Part shown: positions 49,868-61,400 of the stretch, in pieces | How the letters are laid out: each line of letters opens with the position of its first letter | Numbering within the stretch: position 1 is the stretch's first letter | Position numbers and translations under genes: made by a program | Notes under the pieces: generated by a model | The model's input: only the letters and a program-made list of their open reading frames with translations | Database searches by the model: none | What the model was told of the DNA's origin: nothing | Source: Ascidiella aspersa | Lineage: Eukaryota | Direction: 5' to 3' | NCBI GenBank assembly: GCA_963924565.1 | Contig: OZ004611.1 | Location: 1,054,001 to 1,118,000 of the forward strand | DNA: 64,000 bases

Positions 49868-52031
49868 TAAGCTATTTCTTACTGCGTTGGACACCAGTCA
49901 AATAACCCGGTTCCGTGCAGTTCAGAGGCTGGACCTATTCAAATGTGACACGTGTAAATTATTATCGCATGTTTAAAGAAATGCGCTATAGTGCGGCAAA
50001 AATAAAACACAGCTTTTTAACGATACTTTAACGGGTACTGCAATTCGTTATCATTAAAAAGCTATGTTTTGCTATTTTATATTGATTGTTTGCAAAAACT
50101 AAAGCTAAAGCTGAGCAAAGCGCCAGGTGATTATAATATTACAAAATAATAAAATGGGAAAGTTGATAATATTTAACATTGAACTCGCCAAACTAATTTC
50201 CTCATAATTGTAAAAATAAACTGCAAAACAATGCTACCAATTTGAATTGCGCTTACGGTTTTCTGCGTAGTACTTTATTTTTAACAACGCAAATTAAAAT
50301 AATAAACTATAATCGACAGCAATTGTTTGCCTTGTTTAAAAAGCTGCAACGAAAACAAGTGTCGCCGTACATTTAAAAAAACTTTTCATCCATTTCTCTT
50401 TTTTGTAATTAATGAGCACAATAGTCACCATTTTAACTGACAGAACGTTTACTTGTAGCGTTCATGAGCAGCCGTGTTGTTTTTGCTCCTTTATAGTTTT
50501 TAAGTATTGCGTTATAACTCAGTCAGTTGCTGCTCGAAACGGTTTGCTAGAATATTTATTTGTGTTCGATGCGGCAGTTCATAGCAAACGCTAAATAAAA
50601 AAGTTCAAACTTTCGCGCAAAAATCCATAACTTAACCTCCTAACAAAACAAAATTGAAACATTCTAAAAAATCATAACATGAATGTAAGAGCCGCATGTA
50701 ATTGGGTGAAGAGCCGAGTGTTGGCCACACCTGTTATATGATAAGCTCTTACAACGACAGGTCAATAACTATCGGCCAATTGTGGTGTAGGAATCAACCT
50801 CTGACAGTTTATTGAGTGAGCTGCTTTAAAGTTATATAACTCTGATAATTTTAATTTGGTGTAACTTTGTACGTTCGTGAATTATGCCGAACATAATTAA
50901 CACATCTTTAACTAGTAATTTTTGATAATTACTAAAACCTCTTGTTAAAGTCGCCAGTGACTTCTTAATTCGGATATTTAATAACCTAGTAAGGAAAGTT
51001 TATATTAAAGACCAGAACACTTAACCCAAAGTACAGATTTATTAGATGCAAGAGTTGAAAACTACCACACCACAAACAATTGTTATACTTGGACGCAATT
51101 ACTCACAAACAATCAAATGACAAAGCATATAACACCTAACGTCTTACTCTCTAAATGCACCAGGCCTAGCCCAAGCGTCTACTAAAATCTATACACTGTT
51201 CGAAAACTCTTTCTCACGGGCACTTAGGCGCTGCCGGGGACTCACGGCCGCTGGTTTACAGGGTGGTTGTCTCGTGGAAAGATTACATGGCGGCCATTTC
51301 CTAGAAAGTTAAACCCAGCTATTAACCCTGCGGTATACGGGCGATAATAATGGGCGTGAGATTTGCAGATTGTTGAGATAGAAAATAACAGTCCGGAGTC
51401 CAATTAAACACTCGAACATTTTTCAAATGGTTCATTATCACCAATCGAATTTTGTATTGTCTCATCTAGCGTTCGCTCTGCTTTTAAACAATAGATTGAA
51501 ACGACGTAAGGTTTTGCGTTTCTGAGAATTTCCAAGAAAATTTTCCAAGCTTTTGCGTTTCTCAGCCATTTCCAAGAAAGTTAAATCCTATAGGCCGGCG
51601 GTATAATGGGCGTGAGATTTGCAGATTGTTTTGAGACAGGTTCGTAGTCCAATTAAAGACGCGAACAGCACACGAGACAGCACGAAAACATTACGTCATT
51701 GTATATGTACCAAACAGCGAAAACTTAATTCTTAAACCTATAAAATATAAGCAAGAAAACACAGATGCATGAAAGACATTTGAGCATTTTTCAGTGATTA
51801 TCAAATGGCCATTCATATTTATTTCACAAATTATTTAATAGAGTTCATATGGCAGCCCTAGGTTAATAGATTACATAAAACAAAACGACTATATTCATAT
51901 AAAGCTTATGAACGACGATGCATTTATAATGTCACATATACAACACAATTGATAACGCCAATGTATAAATTTCCACGCTGTTGTACGCGCTACACAGGAT
52001 AAGAAATGAGCGAGTCGAGAAACCTCTCCGA

Positions 52032-52103
52032 GCTAGTGTAGCTCAGTTGGTAGAGCGATATTCTGTATAATCAGGGGTCGTGAGTTCGAACCTCACTGCA
52101 GGC
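52032..52103 (+). ncRNA. tRNA-like sequence (tRNA pseudogene or SINE head), paralog of 19557-19628
   Basis: A box plus perfect B box GTTCGAACC; acceptor and anticodon stems imperfect. Confidence 0.55.
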
Positions 52104-52417
52104 TATTTAATAGATCAACAGATTTAGTGAGTCTGCGATGGCTTTCGGTTTACTAATTACACGTAAACCCTAATCGTTTGAAAAAAGGGGCTAGATCACA
52201 GTTGCAAACACACACATATGTGTGCATGTTTCATTCAGGTAAGTATAAGTTAGATTTTAAACGAGGATTGCGATGATAAGTACATTGGTTTAAGTTTCAA
52301 AACAACCACAACACTGTTGAGCATTGGAAGGTTGTTGGCGACTAAATGAACAGAAAGGCTGAAGCGTGTTGCATAAAAAGAACATCACAGAGTCAAATAG
52401 TTGCTTCCCTATTTGAA

Positions 52418-55400
52418 CTATTGAAATAAGCCAAAACCCACGCTGTCCATCTGCAAAACACAAGATGGAAGCAATTCAAATGCTGTAAAAGGTTTCAATG
52501 CAAACTTCTGTTTCCTTTTCAGCCTAATTAACGCAAGACATCACGGAGTCAAATTAACAAGAATAAGCATAGCTGCTGCTCGGATTATTGAATGAGTAGC
52601 GAATACCTCTCGCCCCTTAAGATAAGGTAAAACGGAGGATAAGGAATTTATTTCCAATTTCTTTTTGGCCTTTCCAAAGTGGGACGATCATTGATTTGTG
52701 AGTATTTAAATGAGGGTCATATAACTCATCATCTAGTTTAGGTTGGCAAAAATAGTGATCGTTTAAAAAGATAACATATTAGGCGAATAAAAAATAAATT
52801 TGCTAAGTTTACAAAACTTTGATTACGGTGTGCCGTGGTACGAACAAGGCCTTGGATGCAAAGAGACTCAATAAACTAACAGCCGCGAAAAAACAAACAG
52901 GTTTTAGGGCAATACTTTTTTTAGGTGTAATAGTTACTGTTTCAAAATGATCACGGTTGCGCGCAGCTTTCTTCGAGTCATGATGACAAGTTATAGCTTA
53001 GATTTATCTGCGATAGGGATTACATTATTAAACGAACCTTAGGTTTCCGAGCCCTAAACTTAGATTTAATCGATGGATGGGAAACTTGAGTTCTTATTTA
53101 GAATGTGATTTATTAGCGAAAATTTGGTTTGAACTTATGTGGAAAATAAAGATTAAAATAAATTATCAAATGAAATGTGTGTTTTTTACAGATAATTTAG
53201 TTACTTTTCCTAATGCACATTTAATATGCTGTTCACGTATATTTATTTTGTAACATGGGAATTTTATCAATTTTTATCAGGGATTGATAATTTGCTGCTA
53301 TTTTGCTGTGTCATACAAACAGTTTGAATAAAAACTACCATTTTTCCAAAGTGTTGTTAATATTATTCCAGAAACTGTCACTCCATGCCAAGATAAACAA
53401 AACTGCATTGGCTCAAAGCAACAAGTGTTTTTCTTGCGCTAGTAAATTAGTCGTAAAACATAAATATAAAAATTATGTTTCGTTTTTTAACACACTTTAT
53501 ATTTTAATTTTTGTTTCAGAGAAGTTTAACAGTTACAACCACAGATATATTTATATTTTAGGCGAAAAACCTAATTATTTCTATTATCATAATAACAACA
53601 TATTGTTCTCGCCCTTTTTTTATTTATTTATTTTTTAGGCGCCTCTAGTGGTTGGTGTCAGATCAAATTATTTATATTGTGACGTATCACAGTGGCTTCT
53701 CGTGTCAGTGATGTAGGTTTTTTATTTATTATTGTTGTTACTTACGTTACGTCCAAGTTCTCTCAGTTTCGATCTGATCACCTCCTCGCCTTCCTCAGTG
53801 ATGCCACAACCATTGACCCACAACTTCTCGATGTTTGGGAGGACGCGAGAAAGCTCAAGAGCTCGTTCGTCGTCGATGCGGTTCCCACTCAGACTCAGCT
53901 TCTTGATCTGAAACAACAAATTGACGAGCGGATTAGATTTAAAAGGTCGATTAATGTGAGCCACAAGGTCAAGGTCAAATCGTGCTTTCAACATGTTTTT
54001 AAGTAGAATATTGGATCCTTAGTTTCGAATCCAATTTAGCCGTTTGTTTTAAAAGATAATCAATACAGAAACATGATATATGCAGCATTGCTCTACACGT
54101 TGTTCCCATAATTATTATTTCGTAACAACGCGGTTAAACACGATACAAAAACAGAAAAATTAAATAAATGTAAACATAAATAAAATATTGTTAAAGTTAG
54201 GTGAGTTTATGGTTTGTTATTTCATGCATTTTTATTGGTGGGTAGGGATGTTCAAAGTAGAATACCAGATCCTTACAATATCGGGCTCCTCATCCTTATA
54301 TTCGGATCCAATTTTGCCCTGTATGTCGGGTAATTGGAACCAATATAAATTACTCGTTTCACTGCAAGTTTGTAGCGGTGGCGAAAGAAATACTGCGCTT
54401 GCTTTAAATGTATTCATGTAGTGCGTGGTACGGGTTTTTGTGCGACCAATTACTTGCCATTAACCTTCGTGTATTGATTATTTGCAAGGCAAGTGTTATT
54501 GGGCGAGCGACTAACGTGTAATGCCAATGCAGGGATTTCGCAATTTCCTTGAATGCGACAAGTTGCAAAAGTAACATTCCATCGTAAAATGTGCTGGTTT
54601 TGGACAAAACGTGTTGCGAGGTTACTCAAGGTCAACTTTAGGCCAATATTCAGCGAAGTTACTCATAGCGTAATTGTTAAGTGACAACGCATTACTAGCA
54701 TCAATGACTTTATTCTTTACATCACAATGTTTGACCGTCTTATTGACAGATCACATTTGTAGTAAACTAAAACTAAATCACAACAATACCTTATAAATAA
54801 CGAACAGAATTTGTGAAGAATTTATTAAGTTGTGTTTCACTTACTATATTGGCAAGTTATATGATTAATTGCTGAGTCGTTTAAGATTATATATATTATG
54901 AATATTTCACCAAAAAAACAAAAGGTAAATAATTTATTACAAATGCACAAGGATTCGAAACCTTTTATTCTAGAAAACTTTTTTTTTCTTTTTATTTATA
55001 CTTTTGGATTCTACTTTGAACATTCCTAGTCGCGGTAACATTGAACAATAAAATGTCGAAAATAAAGCACTTTACCTTGTGAGTTATTTTCCCGATTGCT
55101 TTGCAAATGTGTTCCAAACCTTGACTTGTCAGGTTGCAGCTCCACAGATACAACTCCACGATGTTTGGGAGGACGCGAGAAAGCTCAAAAGCTCCTTCGT
55201 CGTCGATGCGGTTAAGACTCAGATTCAGCCGCTTGATCTGAAACAACAAATTGACGAGCGGATTAGATTTTAAATGGTAGGGTTACCATATTTTGAAACG
55301 ACAAATTCTGGACAAACTTAATACGGTTGAATTGGCCAACTCCAGATCAGAGGACGTCACAAGTTACGTCATAAAGTTACAAAACGTGACGTATTTATAT

Positions 55401-58400
55401 TGAAAAGACGGAAAACACTCGCGTCTCGCGTGTAGAGCGAAAGTGGGCTTCGTATAGTTGACTAAACTTTTCGAGGCTGCGATTAGACACACGGCATTTC
55501 TATTGTAAAATTGGCAAAAAATTTAGTTCGTCGGGGGTCATGGCTGTACAGAACCGGGAAAAGTTTCTTTAGCAAAGATGACGTACAATTCATTGATAAA
55601 AAGTTATTGTGGTGCTTAACTGTGTGAAAAGCATAACCCTCGTCAGCAGTGTTAGTAACGCATTATTGGCAGTAGTAACTTTGTATTGTTTACATCATAA
55701 TATTTGACCGGCTTATTGACAGAAAACGTTTGTAGTAAATTAAAACTAAATCACAACAATACCTTATAAAAACGAACAGAATTTGTGAAGAATTTATTGT
55801 GGTGCACTTCACTTACTATATTTACTAAAAATTAAGTTGGGGCAACAACCCGGTTTGTATAATTATTATTTTTTTTTGGTTTTTTCCTACAATAATGTAT
55901 CGCAATTTAAACAACTGCTTTAAATGACAGTTGTTTAGAATGTAAATCATCTGTAATTTAAATTTTATATATCGATATGTCAGAAAAATTTTATGATTAA
56001 TTGCTGATTTGTCGTTAACCCCTATACATATATATTATGAATATTTCACCAAAAAAATAGAACTAAAATAATTTACTACAAATGCACTGGGATTCAAGAC
56101 TCTTGATTCATTATTCTGGATTCGAAAGCTATTATTCTAGAATACTTTGGGATTCTACTTTAAATATTCCTAGTCGCGATAACATTGAACAACAAAATGT
56201 CGACAATAAAGCACTTTACCTTGTGAGTTATTTTCCCGATTGCTTTGCAAATGTGTTTCAAACCTTGACTTGTCAGCTTGCAGTCCATCAGATCCAACCC
56301 TTCGATGTTTGGGAGGACGCGAGAAAGCTCAAGAGCTCCTTCGTCGTCGATGCGGTTCTTACTCAGATCCAGCCGCTTGATCTAAAAACAACAAATTGAC
56401 GAGCGGATTAGATTTTGAAAAGTAGGGTTGCCATATTTACTACGGTTGCATTAACCAACTCCAGATCAGAGGACGTCACTAGTTACGTAACAAAGTTACA
56501 AAACGTGACGTATTTATATCAAAAAGACATAAAAACACTCGCGTCACGCGTGTAGAGCGAAAAATGGCTTCGCATAGTTGACAAAATATTTATTTTCGAG
56601 GGTGCGATGAGACACGCCGCAATCTTATTGTAAAATTGGCAAAATTTAGTTCGTGGGGGGTCATTGTTATACAGAATCGGGAAACGTTTCTTCAGCAAAG
56701 ATGACGTACAACTCATTGATAAAAAGTTATTGTGGTGCTTATTTGTGTTAAAAGCACAAATACCCTCATAAGCAGTGACGTCATCTTTCGCCTTACTTCC
56801 TGTTGTGGCAAATAATTTCGCCACCTTAGCTGACCCTGAAACACCTTTAACTGCTTTGCTATGTTTATAACAACCAAGATGTGATTTTAAATCCCCGCTA
56901 CCTTTGCATGAAACTGAGACAAATGTGGCTGGCTTGAAAACTAAACACTCTCATTTCCATTAATTTTTATCATTTTTGAAGCATGAATATTTAGCAATTT
57001 CCTTAAATGCGACAAGTTGCAAAAGTATCATTCCATCGTAAAACGTGCTGGCCTTAGACAAAACGCGTTACGGGGTTACTTAAGGTCAACTTTAGGGCAA
57101 TATTTAGCGAGGTTACTCACAGCGTAATTGTTAAGTAATAGTAATGCATTACTGGCACTATAGTAACTTTGTATTCTTTACATCATAATGTTTGACCGGC
57201 TTATTGACGGAAGACGTTTGTAGTAAACTAAATCTAAATCACAATAATACTTTATAAAAACGAACAGAATTTGTGTAGAATTTATTGTGGTGCATTTCAC
57301 TTACTATATTTACTAAAAATTAAGTTGGGGCAACAACCCGGTTTGTATAATTATTATTTTTTTTTGTTTTTTTCCTACAATAATGTAACGCAATTTAAAC
57401 AACTGCTTTAAATGACAGTTGTTTAGAATGTAAATCATCTGTAATTTAAATTTTCTATTAGTATATCGATATTACAGAACAATTTTATGATTAATTGCTG
57501 ATTTGTCGTTAACGCCTATACATATATATTATGAATATTTCTCCAAAAAAATAGAACGTAAATAATTTACGACAAATGCACTGGGATTCAAGACTCTTGA
57601 TTCATTATTCTGGATTCGAAAGCTATTATTCTAGAATACTTTGGGATTCTACTTTGAACATTCCTAGTCGCGGTAACATTGAACAACAAAATGTCGACAA
57701 TAAAGCACTTTACCTTGTGAGTTATTTTCCCGATTGCTTTGCAAATGTGTTTCAAACCTTGACTTGTCAGGTTGCAGCTCCACAGATACAACTGCTCGAT
57801 GTTTGGGAGGACGCGAGAAAGCTCAAGAGCTACTTCGTCTTCGATGCGGTTAAGACTCAGAAAAAGCCCCTTGATCTGAAACAACAAATTGACGAGCGGA
57901 TTAGATTTTGAAAAGTAGGGTTGCCATATTTACTACGGTTGCATTAACCAACTCCAGATCAAAGGACGTCACTAGTTACGTAACAAAGTTACAAAACGTG
58001 ACGTATTTATATTAAAAAGACGGAAAACACTCGCGTCTCGCGTGTAGGGCGAAAAAAGGCTTCGAATAGTTGAACAAATATTTATTTTCGAGGGTGCGAT
58101 GAGACACGCCGCAATCCTATTGTAAAATTGGCAAATCTTTTGTTCGTGGTGGGGTTATGGATATATATAATCGGTAAACGTTTTTTCAGCAAAGATGACG
58201 TACAACTCATTGATAAAAAATTATTGTAGTGCTTATTTGTGTTAAAAGCATAAGTACCCTCATAAGCAGTGACGTCATCTTTCGCCTTACTTCCTGTTGT
58301 GGCAAAATATTTCGTCACCTTAGCTGACCCTGAAACACCTTTTACTGCTTTGCTATGTTTATAACAACCAAGATGTGATTTTAAATCCCCGCTACCTTTG

Positions 58401-61400
58401 CATGAAACTGAGACAAATGTGGCTGGCTTGAAAACTAAACACTCTCATTTCCATTAATTTTTATCATTTTTGAAGCATGAATATTTTGCAATTTCCTTAA
58501 ATGCGGCAAGTTGCAAAAGTATCATTCCAGCGTAAAATGTGCTGGCCTTAGACAAAACGCGTTACGGGGTTACTTAAGGTCAACTTTAGGGCAATATTTA
58601 GCGAGGTTACTCACAGCGTAATTGTTAAGTAATAGTAATGCATTACTGGCACTATAGTAACTTTGTATTCTTTACATAATGTTTAACCGGCTTATTGACG
58701 GAAGAAGTTTGTAGTAAACTCAAACTAAATCACAACAATACCTTATAAAACGAACAGAATTTGTGTAGAATTTATTGTGGTGCATTTCACTTACTATATT
58801 TACTAAAAATTAATTGGGGCAACAACCTGTTTTTTATAATTATGTTTTTCTCTGTTTTTTTTTTCTGCAGTTATGTATTACAATTTAAAAAACTGCTTCA
58901 AATGGCAGTTGTTTAGAATGTAAATCATCTGTAATTTGAATTTTGCTATTAATATATCGATATGTAAGAACAATTTTATGATTAATTGCTGAGTCCCTAT
59001 AGGCTATATATACATTATGAATATTTTACCAAAAAAATATAAGGTAAATAGTTAATACAAATACACTGGGATTCGAAATTCTGGTTCGTTATTCTGTATT
59101 CGAAACCTATTGTTCAAGGATACTTTTTTTTCCACTTTGAACATTCCTAGTCGCGGTAACATTGAACAACAAAATGTCGACAATAAAGCACTTTACCTTG
59201 TGAATCATTTTCCCGATTGCTTTGCAAATGTGTTTCAAACCTTGACTAGTCAGGTTGCAGTTGAGCAGATTCAACTCCTCGATGTTTGGGAGGACGCGAG
59301 AAAGCTCAAGAGCTACTTCGTCGTCGATGTAGTTAGCAGTCAGATCCAGCAACTTGATCTGAAACAACAAATTGACGAGCGGATTAGATTTTAAATGGTA
59401 GGGTTACCATATTTTGAAACGACAAATTCTGGACAAACTTAATACGGTTGAACTGGCCAACTCCAGATCAGAGGACGTCACAAGTTACGTCATAAAGTTA
59501 CAAAACGTGACGTATTTATATTGAAAAGACGGAAAACACTCGCGTCTCGCGTGTAGAGCGAAAGTGGGCTTCGTATAGTTGACTAAACTTTTCGAGGCTG
59601 CGATTAGACACACGGCATTTCTATTGTAAAATTGGCAAAAAATTTAGTTCGTGGGGGTTCATGGCTGTACAGAACCGGGAAACGTTTTTAGCAAAGATGA
59701 CGTACAATTCATTGATAAAAAGTTATTGTGGTGCTTAACTGTGAGAAAAGCATAACGGCCCTCGTCAGCAGTGTTAGTAACGCATTATTGGCAGTAGTAA
59801 CTTTGTATTCTTTACATCATAATATTTGACCGGCTTATTGACAGAAGACGTTTGTAGTAAACTAAATCTAAATCACAACAATACCTTATAAAAACGAACT
59901 GAATTTGTGAAGAATTTATTGTGTTGCATTTCATTTACTATATTAACTAAAAATTAAGTTGGGGCAACAAACTGTTTTGTATAATTATTATTTTTTTTGT
60001 TTTTGTCCTACAATAATGTATCTCAATTTAAACAACTGCTTTAAATGACAGTTGTTTAGAATGTAAATCATCTGTAATTTAATTTTCTATTAGTATATCG
60101 ATATGTCAGAAAAATTTTATGATTAAATGCTGATTTGTCGTTAACGCCTATATATATTATAAATATTTCAGTAAAAAAATAGAACGTAAATAATTTACGA
60201 CAAATGCACTGGGATTCAAGACTCTTGATTCATTATTCTGGATTCGAAAGCTATTATTCTAGAATATTTTGGGATTATACTTTTAACATTCCTAGTCGCG
60301 GTAACATTGAACAACAAAATGTCGACAATAAAGCACTTTACCTTGTGAGTTATTTTCCCGATTCCTTTGCAAATGTGTTCCAAACCTTGACTTGTCAGGT
60401 TGCACTCCCCCACATCCAACTTCTCGATGTTTGGGAGGACGCGAGAAAGCTCAAGAGCTCCTTCGTCTTCGATGCGGTTATAACTCAGATCCAGCATCTC
60501 GATCTGAAACAACGAAGTGACGAGCGGATTAGATTTTGAAAAGTATAGGGTTGCCATATTTACTACGGTTGCATTAACCAACTCCGGATCAGAGGACGTC
60601 ACTAGTTACGTAACAAAGTTACAAAACGTGACGTATTTATATCAAAAAGACAAAAAACACTCGCGTCACGCGTGTAGAGCGAAAATTGGCTTCGCATAGT
60701 TGACCAAAATTTTATTTTCGAGGGTGCGATGAGACACACGGCATTTCTATTGTAAAATTGGCAAAATTTAGTTCGTGGGGGGCCATGGATATAGAGAATT
60801 GGGAAACGTTTCTTCAGCAAAGATGACGTACAACTCATTGATAAAAAGTTATTGTAGTGCTTATTTGTGTTAAAAGCATAAGTAGCCTCGTCAGCAGGGA
60901 CGTCATCTTTCGCCTTACTTCCTGTTGTGGCAAAATATTTCGTCACCTTAGCTAACCCTGAAACACTTTTAACTGCTTTGCTATGTTGATAACAACCAAG
61001 ATGTGATTTAAATCCTCGCTATCTTTGCATGAAACTAAGATAATTGTAGCTGGCTTGAAAACTAAACACTCTCCTTTCCATTAATTTTTATCATTTTTGA
61101 AGCATGAATATTTTGCTTGCATTTCACTCGTGTGTTTACATACTTCGCTTCCTTAAATGCGACAAGTTGCAAAAGTATCATTCCATCGTAAAATTTGCTG
61201 GCCTTGGACAAAACGCGTTACGGGGTTACTCAAGGTCAACTTTAGGCCAATATTCAGCGAGGTTACTGGCGTAATTTTTAATTAATAGTAACGCATTACT
61301 GGCAGTAGTAACTTAGTATTCTTTGCATCATAATGTTTGACCGGCTTATTCACAGAAGACGTTTGTAGTAAATTAAACTAAATCACAAACAATAACTTAT

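Noticed and set aside
52032-52103. Functional tRNA-Tyr(GTA)
   Set aside because: The anticodon stem pairs at only 2 of 5 positions and the acceptor stem is not Tyr-like.
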